Positions 11,967 to 25,049 of a stretch of 64,000 bases of DNA are shown here, in pieces. The stretch covers positions 56,420,001 through 56,484,000 of the forward strand of contig CM126226.1 of the NCBI GenBank assembly GCA_052327205.1, given 5' to 3'. The position numbers and the translations under genes were made by a program. The number at the start of each line of letters is the position of its first letter. Within the stretch, counting starts at the first letter, position 1. The stretch comes from Somniosus microcephalus (taxonomy: Eukaryota). The notes below the pieces were generated by a model. That model saw only the letters and a list, made by a program, of their open reading frames with translations, did no database searches and had not been told where the DNA came from.

Positions 11967-14900
11967 GAACATAAGAACATAAGAAATAGGAGCAGGAGTA
12001 GGCCAATTGGCCCCTCGAGCCTGCTCCGCCATTCAATAAGATCATGGCTGATCTGATCCTAACCGCCAATCCACTATGACAGGACTATCTCCTGAATCTA
12101 ACAGCATTAGACACATGAAAACAGGAGCAGGATCAGGCTACACGGCCCCTGGGCCCGCTCCGCTACCCACAGGGCCATGACCTATCCGAACCTAGACTCA
12201 TGTCCAAATTCCTGCCCGCTCCCCGTAACCCTTAATTCCCTTTTCCACTAGAAACTGTCTATTTCTGTTTTAAATTTATGTAATGATGTTGGTTCGACAG
12301 CTTTTTGGGGCAGCATATTCCATGGACCTACCACCCTCTGAGTGAAGTAGTTCCTCCTCATCTCAGTTTTGAAAGAGCAGCCCCTTATTCTAAGACTATG
12401 CCCCCTAGTTCTAGTTTCACCCATCATCTGGAACATCCTCCCTGCATCCACCCGATCCAACCCCTTCATAATCTTATATGTTTCAATAAGATCGCCTCTC
12501 ATTCTTCTGAACTCCAATGAGTAGAGTCCCAATCTACTCAACCTCTTCTCATATGTCCATCCCCTCATCCCCGGGATTAATCGAGTGAACCTTCTTTGTA
12601 CTGACTCGAGAGTAAGTATGTCCTTTCTTAAGTATGGACACCAAAACTGTACGCAGTATTCCAGGTGCGGTCTCACCAATACCTTGTACAACTGAAGCAA
12701 TACCTCCCTATTTTTATATTCTATCCCCCTAGCAATGAAAGCCAACATTCCATTGGCCTTCTTAATCACTTGCTGCACCTGCATACTAACCTTTTGAGTT
12801 TCGTGCACCAGGACCCCCAGATCCCTTTGTACTTCAGTACTTTCAAGTTTCTTGCCATTAAGATAATAACTTGCTCTACGATTTTTCCTGCCAAAGTGCA
12901 TAACCTCACACTTTCCAGTATTGTATTCCATCTGCCAAATCTCTGCCCACTTACTTAGCCTGTCTATGTCCCCTTGCAGGTTTTTTATGTCCTCCTCACT
13001 CACTACTTTCCCTCCCATCTTAGTATCATCTGCAAACTTTGATATGTTACACTCGGTCCCCTCCTCCAAATCGTTAATATAGATTGTAAAGAGCTGGGGA
13101 CCCAGCACTGACCCCTGCGGAACACCACTAGTTACTGATTGCCATTCTGAGAATGAACCATTTATCCCAACTCTCTGCCTTCTGTTAGATAGCCAATCCT
13201 CTATCCATGCCAGAATATTACCCCCAATCCCGTGATTTTTTATCTTAAGCAATAATCTTTTGTGTGGCACCTTGTCAAATGCCTTTTGGAAGTCTAAATA
13301 CACTGGCCTAGAAATTGAGTTTTGGCTTAGCCAGGGCTTTAGCGCCGGAAGTTAGTGCCGGCGCTAAGTCCCCCTGCGCGCGCCAAAAATTCAGCAGGGC
13401 CGCGCCCAAACGGCTGCCGGCGCTACTGAAGGGTCTTTGCGGCGGTAACTCGGCGCTAACTGCCGTTTTGCGCCGCAATTCCGGCGCTGCGGCACCCGAT
13501 GCGGTGCGGCAGGCTCGGGAAGTGCAGGCCTCCTCCTTCCCTTAAGGAGGAGCTGCCTGCACCCGATCGCGGCCCGCGAAAATCTTTTAAAAAATGAGCC
13601 CGGCACCTCGGACAAGTGCCGGGCTTGCTTCTGTTCCGGGGGGGGGGGGGGGGGGAAGTCCGGGGAGGGAGCTGCGGCCAGGCGGCCGGCGGGAAAGCGG
13701 CCGGCCGCCGCGGGGCCTTTAATGCGCCGGCGCAAAGACTCGTAAGACTCTGTTGCCAGAGTCTTAGTTGCGGCTGTCACGGGCGAGGCGGCCGCAACTG
13801 AATTTCGGCGCTGGGGCCCGTCGGCATGGCAACCGGGACGCTGCGCACACCGATGACGTCATCGGTGCCGGCGCAGCGCTACGGGTCTACCGCGGCATAA
13901 GGGCCCCAGGCAATTTCGGCGCCGGCGCCAAATGCAGCGCTAGGCCCTCTAGCGCCGCAAAATCGGCGCTAAGGGCACTCAATTTCTAGGCCACTATGTC
14001 CACTGGTTCCCCTTTATCCACCCTATATGTTACTTCCTCAAAGAACTCCAGCAAATTTGTCAAACATGACTTCCCCTTCATAAAACCATGCTGACTTTGT
14101 CTTATTAAATGATGATTATCCAAATGTCCTGTTACTGTCTCCTTAATAATGGACTCCAAAATTTTACCTACCACAGATGTTAGGCTAACTGGTCTATAGT
14201 TTCCAGCCTTCTGTCTACTGCCCTTTTTAAATAAGGGTGTTACATTAGCAGTTTTCCAGTCTGCCGGGACCTTTGCTGAGTCCAGGGAGTTTTGGAAGAT
14301 TATTACCAATGCATCCACAATCCCTACCGCCACTTCCCTCAAAACCCTGGGATGTAAGCCATCAGGTCCAGGTGATTTATTCGCCTTGAGTCCCATTATT
14401 TTACCAAGTACTACTTCCTTAGTGATTTTAATCGTATTTAGCTCCTCCCCCCCTATAGCCCCCTGCTTGTCAAGTGTTGGGATATTCTTGGTGTCCTCTA
14501 CTGTAAAGACTGATACAAAATATTCATTCAGTGTTTTTGCCATCTCCATATTTCCCACCATTAATTTCCCGGTCTCATCCTCTAAGGGACCAACATTCAC
14601 TTTAGCCACCCTTTTTCTTTTTATATAACTATAAAAACTCTTACTATCTGTCTTTATATTTTTTGCTAATTTACTTTCATAATCTATCTTCCCTTTCTTA
14701 ATCAATCTTTTTGTTATTTTTTGCTGTCTTTTAAAGTTTTCCCAATCCTCTATCCTCCCACTAGATTTGGCTACCTTATATGCCCTTGTTTTTAGTCGAA
14801 TACTATCCTTAATTTCTTTACTTAGCCACGGATGGCTGTCTTTTCTTTTACACCCTTTTTTTCTCAGTGGAATATACTTTTTTTGGAATTTGTAAAATAA

Positions 14901-15195
14901 CTCCTTAAATGTACACCACTGATCATGTATCGTCTTATCCTTTAACCTATTTTCCCAATCCACTTTACTCAATTCCGCTCTCATACCTTCATAGTCTCCT
15001 TTATTCAAGCTTAGCACGCTTGTTTGAGATACAGCCTCCTCACCCTCTAACTGAATATGGAATTCAACCATGTTATGGTCACTCATTCCAAGGGGATCCT
15101 TTACTAGGACATTTTTAATTAATCCTGTCTCGTTACACAGGACCAGATCTAAGGTTGCTTGCCCCCTGGTTGGTTCAGTTACATACTGCTCAAGT
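11967..15195 (-). mobile_element. 5'-truncated CR1 LINE, interrupted by a MITE
   Basis: ORF2 is open at 13993-15086 and 12248-13303, with RT motifs [27 protein letters not shown] and FADD. It has an 8-nt repeat tail and is the same subfamily as the copy at 1-990. Confidence 0.95.
13305..13992. mobile_element. GC-rich non-autonomous DNA transposon, probably PIF/Harbinger type
   Basis: Perfect 16-bp TIR GGCCTAGAAATTGAGT and 3-bp TSD ACT. Removing it restores CR1 RT as GEPVDIVYLDFQKAF. Confidence 0.9.
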
Positions 15196-15254
15196 CAACG
15201 TTCATCATAAAGTATAAGTTTGTGAATAATGAACTCGCAAATCATTCTTTTATT

Positions 15255-17530
15255 CATTTATTAGAGTTTTTTGAGGATGTAACTAGAAGGGTAGATAAAG
15301 GGGAACCAGTGGATGTGGTATGTTTGGATTTCCAAAAGGCATTTGATAAGTTGCCACATAAAAGGTTGCTACGCAGGGCTCATGGGGTTGGAATAATATA
15401 TTAGCATGGATAGAGGATTGGTTAACGGACAGAAAACAGAGAGTAGGGATAAACGAGTCATTTTCAGATTGGCAGGCTGTAAATAGTGGGGTGCCGCAAG
15501 GATCAGTGCTGGGGCCTCAGCTATTTACAATCTATATTAATGACCTAGATGAAGGGACCGAGTGTAATGTATCCAAGTTTGCTGATGATACAAAGCTAGG
15601 TGGGGCAGTAAGCTGTGAGGAGAACACAGAGTCTGCAAAGGGATATAGACAGACTGAGTGAGTGGGCAGTAAGGTGGCAGATGGAGTATAATGTGGGGAA
15701 ATGTGAGGTTATTCACTTTGGTAGAAAGAATAGAAAAACAGAATATTTTTTAAATGATCAGAAACTATTAAATGTTGGTGTTCGGAGAGATTTAGATGTC
15801 CTCATACAGGAAACACCGAAAAAGTTAGCATGCAGGTAAATCAAGCAATTAGGAAGGCAAATGGCATGTTGGCCTTTATTGCAAGGGGGTTAGAGTACAG
15901 GGCTTTGGTGAGACCACACTTGGCGTACTGTGCACAGTTTTGGTCTCCTTATCTGAGGAAGGATTATATGGGGAAAGATTGAGTAGTTTTGGCCTATACT
16001 CTCTGGAGTGTAGAAGAATGAGAATGTGGCATCAAGGAGCCCTAGTAAAACTGAAGTCAATGGGAATCAGGGGGGAAACGCTCCACTGGCTGGAGTCATA
16101 CTTAGCACAAAGGAAGATGGTTGTGGTGGTTGAAGATCAGTTATCACAGCCCCAGGACATCGCTGCAGGAGTTCCTCAGGGCAGTGTCCTAGGCCCAACC
16201 ATCTTCAGCTGCTTCATCAATGACCTTCCCTCCAACATAAGGTCAGAAATGGGGATGTTCGCTGATGACTGCACAGTGTTCAGCACCATTCACAACTCCT
16301 CAAATAATGAAGCAGTCCATGACCAAATGCAACAAGACCTGGATGATGTTCAGGCTTGGACTGATAAGTGGCAGGTAACATTCGCGCCACAGAAGTGCCA
16401 GGCAATGACTATCTCCAACAAGCGAGAGTCTAACCACCTCCACTTGACATTCAATGGCATTACCATCGCCGAATCCCCCACCATCAACACCCTGGGGGTC
16501 ACCATTGACCAGAAACTTAACTGGACCAGCCACATAAATACTGTGGCCACAAGAGCAGGTCAGAGGCTAGGTATTCTGCAGCGAGTGTCTCACCTCCTGA
16601 CTCCCCAAAGCAATTCCACCATCTACAAGGCACAAGTAAGGAGTGTGATGGAATACTCTCCACTTGCCTGGATGAGTGCAGCTCCAACAACACTCAAGAA
16701 GCTCGACACCATCCAGGACAAAGCAGCCCGTTTGATTGGCACCCCATCCACCATCTTAAACATTCACTCCCTCCATCACCGGCGTACTGTGGCTGCAGTG
16801 TATACCATCTACAAGATGCACTGCAGCAACTTACCAAGGCTTCTTCAGCAGCACCTCCCAAACCCGTGACCTCTTCCACCTAGAAGGACAAGGGCAGCAG
16901 GCGCATGGGAACACCACCACCTCCAAGTTCCCCTCCAAGTCACACACCATCCTGACTTAGAAGTATATCACCGATCCTTCATCGTCGCTGGGTCAAAATC
17001 CTGGAACTCCCTTCCTAACAGCACTGTGGAAGCACCTTCACCACACAGATTGCAGCGGTTTAAGAAGGTGGCTCACCACCATCTTCTCAAGGGCAATAAA
17101 TGCTGGCCTTGCCTGCGATGCCCAGCTCCCATAAATGAATAAAAAAAAAGAGGTGATTTCATTGAACCATACAAGATTCTGAGGGAGATTGACAGGGTCG
17201 ATGCTGAGAGGTTGTTTCCCCTGGCTGGAGAGTCTAGAACTAGGGGGCATAGTCTCAGGATAAGGGGTAAGACCGAGATGAGGAGGAATTTCTTCATTCG
17301 AGGGTTGTGCATCTTTGGAATTCTCTACCCCAAAGGGCTGTGGCTGCTGAGTCGTTGAGTATATTCAAGGCTGAGATCGATAGATTTTTGGACTCTAGGG
17401 GAATCAAGGGATATGGAGATCGGGCGGGAAAGTGGAGTTGAGGCTGAAGATCAGCCATGATCTTATTGAATGGCGGAGCAGGCTCGAGGGGCCGAATGGC
17501 TGACTCCTGCTCCTAAATCTTATGTTCTTA
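15255..17530 (+). mobile_element. CR1 LINE RT/3' fragment with a nested second-family LINE
   Basis: LLEFFEDVT...LDFQKAFDK. Interrupted at about 16024, resumes at about 17149 and runs to a TCTTATGTTCTTA tail. Confidence 0.88.
16024..17148 (+). mobile_element. CR1-clade LINE (second family), 5'-truncated, RT frame open
   Basis: [10 protein letters not shown] and MFADD motifs, the same 3'UTR as 5803-6628, and an A-rich tail. Confidence 0.9.
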
Positions 17531-18406
17531 AATTCACTTGTTCTGACAACTGCAGATTCATTAGTGTAAGGTGCTCTTACATTCTTGTCTATCTATTAAT
17601 CCCTCGAGGGAAGAGCTTGTGTTTAGCACCAAGTATAAACATGCATTTTTACACAGCAGTGTTTCTTAGATGAAAATGCAGCTTTTTTTTAAAACTTTCC
17701 ATCACAAATCATGCCACAATTCATTTTTTTTTATCAGTTTATGGTAAAATATTTTTCCCATTTATGGAGCAGCATTAATTGACAAATCAACGTGAACTGT
17801 TGGAGTGTTGTGTTCAAAAGCTGAAACTGCTTTGAACTCCAGCCAGGATTTATGCATTGTCGTCAGCAATAGATTGTAGAGACCGTGTGCTCCACTTACT
17901 CACCTTATTGTTTGTTGGTATTGACTGGCTTCAAAGGACGTGTTTTACAAGTTAAATATTTCAGCTTGTTTGTGTCGGGAGCAATGAAATATTAACCGTG
18001 GACAATGTGCAATACTGTGGAGAAGCCTGCTCCGCTTATAAGTAGGAAAAAGCTAGTAATTGTTCGTCAAACATTTTCATCTACAAATGTTCCTGTGTGA
18101 AATGCTTAGTTGAATTTACATCAGCTGGCTTGTATAAAAACCTGTGTGTGTGTGTGTGTGTGTGTGTGTTTGTGGGAAAAGGGGCTTGTTAAACAAAATG
18201 TTGTTTCCCTGTTCGCTAGATTTGGACTCCTGCTCCCATGTCAATTGAAGGGCTGAATGATCCAATCAGTGGACATCAGCCTAGCTCCTGCCAATGCTAC
18301 TGGTCAACCCACTGAGAGGGCAAGTTTGTTGGTTCAGCAATGGAAGCCTGGTCTCCTCAGCCACCATCCCGCACTCCGCCTTGCTGACTGTGAGGGAAAA
18401 ATCTTG

Positions 18407-18552
18407 GGGGTAATTTTGACTTTTTGTGTGATAGTGTAAAATGGGTGATAGCGAGTCGGCTTCAGTGGAAATAAAACTGGGGAGAGATGTAAAACGGGCC
18501 GGCGATTCACTATCCCCCGTTTTACACGATCGCACAAAGTCAAAATAACTCC
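18407..18552. mobile_element. Short fold-back MITE
   Basis: Imperfect ~50-bp inverted arms: GGGTAATTTTGACTTT...GTGTAAAA and TTTTACAC...AAAGTCAAAATAACTCC. Confidence 0.75.
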
Positions 18553-19192
18553 TCGCCTGAGAAATGCTAGGGTTCAAGTAACCGTGGTGCTTTGTCTTCA
18601 AAATCTAGTGTCACAATCAAATTGGCATTTCAGCTAAGAACTAGCCAACATACCATTATTAGTTTTGTTATCGATTACTGCGGTAGTTGCAGATATATAC
18701 TAGGGCCTTATACAGCTCTACGTGTTTGGGTAGGATTATTCAATACATTAACCAGGTCATTTCTAGTCAAAGTGCTTAAGATACATTGAGGTTTCATTCA
18801 TGATGTTACAGGAGAGGAAATGACACCCAATGTCCTAGAAATTGGCCCTCGTTGAGCCTATTTTCCACGGGGCCGTGACCTGTGCCTCATGAACGCCTGA
18901 AAGACTTTCAACCCCATATTGGGTTGGGCCATTTTTCAGACATCCCATGGAGCCACCTAAAACAGAACATTAGAATGCTTAGATTTGTTAATAAAGGAAC
19001 TAATGCCTGATGTAGGACTCTTGCACACATTAACACATACACACAGATTGAGTAGATTGAGATAGTACTCGCTGGAGTTTAGAAGAATGAGAGGTGATCT
19101 CATTGAAATATTTAAGATTCTGAGGGTGATTGACAGGGTAGATGCTGAGATTATTAAAGTTACTTATTAAAAAATAAATATGTTCTAATAAT

Positions 19193-19587
19193 TTGAGCAC
19201 AAAATTCTAGGTTGACACTCCAATGCAGTACTGAGGGAGCGCTGCACCGTCAGAGGTGCCATCTTTCGGATGAGACGTTAAACTGCAGGCCCTCATCTGC
19301 TCTCTCAGGTGGATGTAAAAGATCCCATGGCACTATTTCGAAGAAGAGCAGGGGAGTTCTCCCTGGTGTCCTGGCCAATATTTATCCCTCAATCAACATC
19401 ACTAAAACAGATTATCCGGTCATTGTCACATTGCTGTTTGTGGGAGCTTGCTGTGCACAAATTGGCAGCCGCGTTTCCTATCATTACAACAGTGACCACA
19501 CTTCAAAAAGTACTTAATTGGCTGTAAAGCGCTTTGAGATGTCCGGTGATCGTGAAAGGAGCTGTAGAAATGCAAGTCTTTCTTTTT
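19193..19587 (+). mobile_element. DeuSINE-type SINE, 5'-truncated
   Basis: Deu core and tail match the other copies. Confidence 0.85.
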
Positions 19588-19959
19588 AATGTCAGGAGGC
19601 ACTATTTATTCTGTGCTCTTTGCATTCATTCCTCTTTAAAATTCATTTTTTAAATTGATTATATTTTGGCACGAAGCAGCGTGAATATGTAGGAATTTCA
19701 GGAAGATTATTTAGGAAATGCTGATTTGAGTTTTCCTATCTTCTGCACAGTATGAGGAACAATGCATGCTGGGGGTCTTTGCTTCATTACTTTGCTCTTG
19801 GGGAAATGTTCGGACTGAAAGGACTCGATAAGTAAGAAGATAACTTGTAATTAACCAAATGTGGGTAGGAGTGTGTGGGCTCGAGGAGCAGCGTTCGGAC
19901 CTCTTTGTTTCCATTTATGGAAATGATTTGGACATAGCTACAAGATAAATGAAACTGAA

Positions 19960-21490
19960 GTTTTTTTATACATATTAGGCAAATGGTGGGGAAGAATGTA
20001 GGAGACTACAAAAGGACAGACACATTAGTGACGTGAGCAGATGCGGATTATGATAGAATAAGTATGAAGTAGTTCATTTTCAGAAAGAATAACAGTAAAT
20101 GGAAATATACAACAAAAGTGCTCGCAACCTTGACGGCCAATTCAATCCCAAGCTATGTTTCTGACCCCATAATCATCTCCATCACAAAGACCATCTATTT
20201 ACACGTCCATAACATCACCCACCTCCAACCCTACTTCAGCCCATCTCACTGAAACCCTCATTCATTCCTTTGTCACTTCCAGAATCGACTGTTCAAAAGC
20301 TCTCAGGTTCAGCCTCCCATTCTCTGCCCTCCATAAACTTTAACATCCAAAACTCTGCTCCCCATCACCCTCGTCCTCGTTGACTTACATTGCCTCCCAG
20401 TCCCCCAGTGCCTCAGATGTAAAATTATCATCCTTGTGTTTAAATCCCTCCATGTCTTTGCCTTGCCCCATCCTACCTCTGTAGTCTTCTCTAACCGCTC
20501 TGTTTTTCTGACTCTGGCCTTTTATGCATCTATTGGTGGCTTTGCCTTTAGTCACCTAGGCCCCACCCTCTGGAATTTCTTCCCTAAGCCCTTCACCTCT
20601 CCACCTCCCTCACTTCCTTCAAGAGCCGTCCTTAGAACCTTTCTTCTCAACCATGTTTTTGGTCACCCTTCATAATATCTCTATTGGCTTGGTGTTCATT
20701 TTGTTTTCCTTATGTCTCTATCAAGTGCCTCGAGATGTTTTTCTATGTTGAAGGGTTTATACAAGTGCAAGTTGTTGATGTTAAATGGTACGATTTTTAA
20801 CTGAGTGGAAGAATGGAGAGATATAGGGATTCAGATACATAGAACATTAGTGCAGTTATAAGAGGCTATAAAAAAGGAAAATAGATTTTAGTTTTTATTC
20901 ATAGGGACACTGAATTTAAAAGCAGGAAAGTAATTTTAAATTTTCACAAGACATTGGTTAGACTATAGTTGGAGTATTGTGTATATTCAGGGCAGCCTAT
21001 TATTGGAAAGATATCAGAGCTGTGAAAGGGGCGCAGCAAAGATTCACTAGAACGATACTGGGAATGAGAGATTTTAATTATGAAGGAAGTGTGAGTCTCA
21101 AAACTAAAGGCTAGGTCAGAAAAAACTAGGTCAATCTAATAGAGGCTTTCAAAACAGAGGTTTTTGAGAGAGCGAACAGTGGAACATTGTTTCGGTTGGT
21201 TGGCAAATTGGTAGCAAGTGGGTATAGACTGAAGATTACCACCACAAGAATGAATGCGGAGTTTAGAATTTTTTTTCACAAAGGACATGGATTGCTTTAC
21301 CGCAGATGGCTATTGAGGCAGACACTATCACTTTGTTTAAAATGGAATAGGATTAGAATTTAAAAAGGAAAAAAATAAAAGGATACAGCAAAGTGTTTCA
21401 GAATTGGGATTAGAGTAGGTAGGCCAAGTCAAAGAGCTAACACTGGCATTGCAGGCTGGGCTGAATGGCCTCCTTCTGTGCTGACTTATT
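19960..21490 (+). mobile_element. Old degraded CR1 3' region with a nested L2 fragment (about 20130-20775)
   Basis: Degenerate CR1 RT and 3'UTR motifs flank a degenerate L2 3' end. Confidence 0.6.
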
Positions 21491-21568
21491 CCAATTTTGA
21501 AAATTCTATGAAAAAGAACAGCTAACTGTAATGGTCCAAACTTCAAGATGTTCCTGAGTCTTTATTAG

Positions 21569-22035
21569 GTGTCAGCTGTGGCTCAGTGGGCAGCACCCTC
21601 GCCTCTGAGTCAGGAAGTTGTGGGTTCAAGTCCCACTCCAGGGACTTCAGCACAAAAATCTAGGCTGACACTCCCAGCGCAGTGCTGAGAGAGTGCAGCA
21701 CTGTCAGAGGGGCCATCTCTCCGATGAGACGTTAAATTGAATCCATGTCTGCTCTCTCAGAAAAGATCCCAGGGCCCTATTTTGAAGAAGAGCAGGGGAG
21801 TTCTCCCCGGTGTCCTGGCCAGTATTTATCCCTCAATCAACATCACCAAAAAAACAGATTGTCTGGTCATTATCACACTGCTGTTTGTGGGAGCTTGCTG
21901 TGCACAAATTGGCTGCCGCGTTTCCTACATTACAACAGTAACTACACTTGAAAAGTACTTCATTGGCTGTAAAGTGCTTTGGGACGTCCGGAGATCGCAA
22001 AAGGCGCTACAGAAATGCAAGTCCGTCTTTCTTTG
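21569..22035 (+). mobile_element. DeuSINE-type SINE, full length
   Basis: A and B boxes, Deu core and tail. Confidence 0.88.
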
Positions 22036-22165
22036 CCTTCATTACACACACTCTCTTCTGTTTCTCTCTTACTCACACATGCGCAAGATCACAGATATTA
22101 ATCAGTCATTAACATGGAAGATCACCCCTTCTAGGATAAAAGTTCACTGACTATATAGATATTAA

Positions 22166-23018
22166 GGGCAGGATTTTCATTCAGGAGTTGGGTGGGAGGC
22201 AGGACTACAACTTTCGGGGTTGTAGTCCCGTCTCTATCGAGGTGCGGCCAATCCACGTGATTTAAAACTTAATTGACCTTGTTGAGCCCGCCCAGCAGGC
22301 TCAGCAGGCCAATTAAGGGCCACCCAGCAACAGGTGACGTCACAGACTGAAATTTCATCTGCCAAGAGGTTTTGACAGATGAAATATCAGCGTTTCACAG
22401 CTGTTTGAAGCTGTCAAACACTGACAGTCTTACTTCTAACCTGAGTCCTTCTCCACAGACTCAGTTAGAAATCTCTCTTGCACAGAAAGCTGAAGGCTGT
22501 CACTTTTGACAGTTCGCAGCCATTTTGCTTTCTGTGCCGGTGAGATGAGGGACTCCTGAAATCTAAAGGAAGGAAGGCTGAAAAGGTAAGGAAAGGTAAT
22601 TTAAACTTCTTTAAACACTTTAGACACACCAAACACACTTACCTTTGCACTTATGCACACATCACTCACCTGAACACCGACATCTCGACCCCTCCAAGTC
22701 CTTCAACCCAACGGCCCGCCTCCTCTAACTTGCCGTGGTTTGGAGCTGTCGGGAATCCCACACTTCAACCTTAAAAATAGGGATTAGGCTAAAAACTGCC
22801 TGTTAACTACCTGTTAACAGGCAGTTAATTGGCACTAATCCCCTTCCTGCCTTGGGGAGGCGGGTCCCAGTGCGGGGCGGGTACCCGCCTCCTTTGAAAC
22901 TGGCATGGAGGCGGGTTTGGGTGCGGGATGGGGTCGGGACCCCTGATTTCGGGATTTTAACCCCCGCCCCCCCCCACGCCTCCAATCCCGACTCCATGGC
23001 CCAATGAAAATCCTGCCC
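22166..23018. mobile_element. Non-autonomous PIF/Harbinger element
   Basis: Perfect 16-bp TIR GGGCAGGATTTTCATT and TSD TAA. Confidence 0.92.
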
Positions 23019-23366
23019 TAAATATCAGCAACTGCTCCTACTGAAAATTTCGAAATCATGGCAGTGATTCCTCAGCAGACTCTTCCCCTTCCCGGCCCAG
23101 TTTGTGTTTCTAAGATCTTCTCCTTTGATGTCTCTCCTGTTATTACTCTGAATACTATTTCTTCATTTACAATGCAAAGGTCAGCTCCCAAAGGTGGACC
23201 CCATGCATCATGATCTGAAACATAACCATATGGGGTTAGAATCTAGGAAGTGTGCTGCAGGGCAGACAGTCCTGTTTAGTGTAAAACTGCTGCTTTAATA
23301 TGATGCAGGATTGCCCTACATCTATGTCACTTCAGAGGACAGAAATATTAGCACTTTTCACAGCAA

Positions 23367-23812
23367 GTGTCAGCTGTGGCTCAGTGGGCAGCACTCTCGC
23401 CTCTGAGTCCGAAGGTTGTGGGTTCAAGTCCCACTCCAGGGACTTGAGCAGATAAATCCAGACTGACACTCCAGTGCAGTGCTGAGGGAGTGCTGCACTG
23501 TCGGAGGTGCCTTCTTTCAGATGAGATGTTAAACTTAGGCCCCGTCTGCTCTCTCAGGTGGACATAAAAGATCCCACGGCACTATTTCAAAGAAGAGCAG
23601 GGGAGTTCTCCCCGGTGTCCTGGGGCCAATATTTATCCCTCAACCAACATAACAAAAACAGATTATCTGGCCATTATCACATTGCTGTTTGTGGGAGCTT
23701 GCTGTGCGCAAATTGGCTGCCATGTTTCCCTCATTACAACAGTGACTGTACTTCATTGGCTGTAAAGCGCTTTGGGACGTCCAGTGGTCGTAAAAGGCGC
23801 TATATAAATGCT
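23367..23812 (+). mobile_element. DeuSINE-type SINE, full length
   Basis: A and B boxes, Deu core and tail. Confidence 0.88.
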
Positions 23813-24347
23813 ATTCTATATTCATTCAAGCTAATCTATTAAACAGGTTTATTGATAAATAGAGCAAGATATTGAACGGTGAATTCTTACAGAACTTGAG
23901 ATAAAGTACTTCTCAGAAGGAAACCACACAGATCACCCAAGATCTAAATGATTGGCGGAACAGGCTTGAGGGGCTGAATTGCCTCCTCTTGTTCCTATGA
24001 AATAAGCAATCCTGTTTTTCAGCAAAAACAGAATACAATCCTTGTACCATTTATATGTAAGCAGAAGGTTGTGGAGCCGAATTTTCCCTTGTGCTCCATG
24101 GCAAGACCAACCTAATTGGTACCACACAATATGCTGCTTTTTATTTCCATGATTCCTATCGTGAATAGGCACCTGCTTGAAGGCTGTTACTTCAGATAAA
24201 GGTGATCAATTAAACAATACCAGCAATCTTTATAACCTATTGACACAAAGGAAGGAGGATAACCAACTGGGGGTGTTCATGAGGACCCCCAAATGGACAT
24301 CATATGAATTTGATAATTTGACACAATTTAAGCCTATATCAGATTTT

Positions 24348-24754
24348 CTTTTATTCCGTCTCGGGATGTGGGCGTCACTGGCAAGGCCAGCATTTATTGC
24401 CCATCCCTAATTGCCCTCGAGAAGGTGGTGGTGAGCCACCTTCTTGAACCGCTGCAGTCCGTGTGGTGAAGGTGCTCCCACAGTGCTGTTAGGGAGGGAG
24501 TTCCAGGATTTTGACCCAGTGTTGATGAAGGAACGGCGATATATTTCCAAGTCAGGATGGTGTGTGACTTGGAGGGGAACTTGGAGGTGGTGGTGTTCCC
24601 ATGCGCCCGCTGCCCTTGTCCTTCTAGGTGGTAGAGGTCGCGGGTTTGGGAGGTGCTGTTGAAGGAGCCTTGGCGAGTTGCTGCAGTGCATCTTGTAGAT
24701 GGTGCACACTGCAGCCACGGTACGCTGATGGTGGAGGGAGTGAATGTTTAAGAT
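24348..24754 (-). mobile_element. CR1-clade LINE (second family), 3' fragment
   Basis: Encodes AAVCTIYKMHCSNSPRLL and has the family 3'UTR. Confidence 0.87.
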
Positions 24755-25049
24755 GTTCTATGCATCCCATTCACAAATGGGTACAAAGCACTTTTTAACT
24801 TAATTGATTTTTCTGATCAGACGGAAGCAGCTTCCTGCCCATAGCCTGTGCTGGTGGGACAAATGAAGAGTTCTTGTGGTACACCAGTCAAGCTGTCACT
24901 ATGTCAAAATACTTCGTCCCTTCAAGGAGGTTCTATATCAGTGAATTGGGCCCATCGCCTCTGAGCGAACATGCTGTTCTAATGAAGATGTTTAAAATTG
25001 CTGTTTAAAAAAACTAGGCAAAATTCAGGGAAACCATGGAAACAAGTTC

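Noticed and set aside
21569-21640. tRNA-like sequences with A and B boxes
   Set aside because: These are SINE heads continuous with the Deu core, not tRNA genes.
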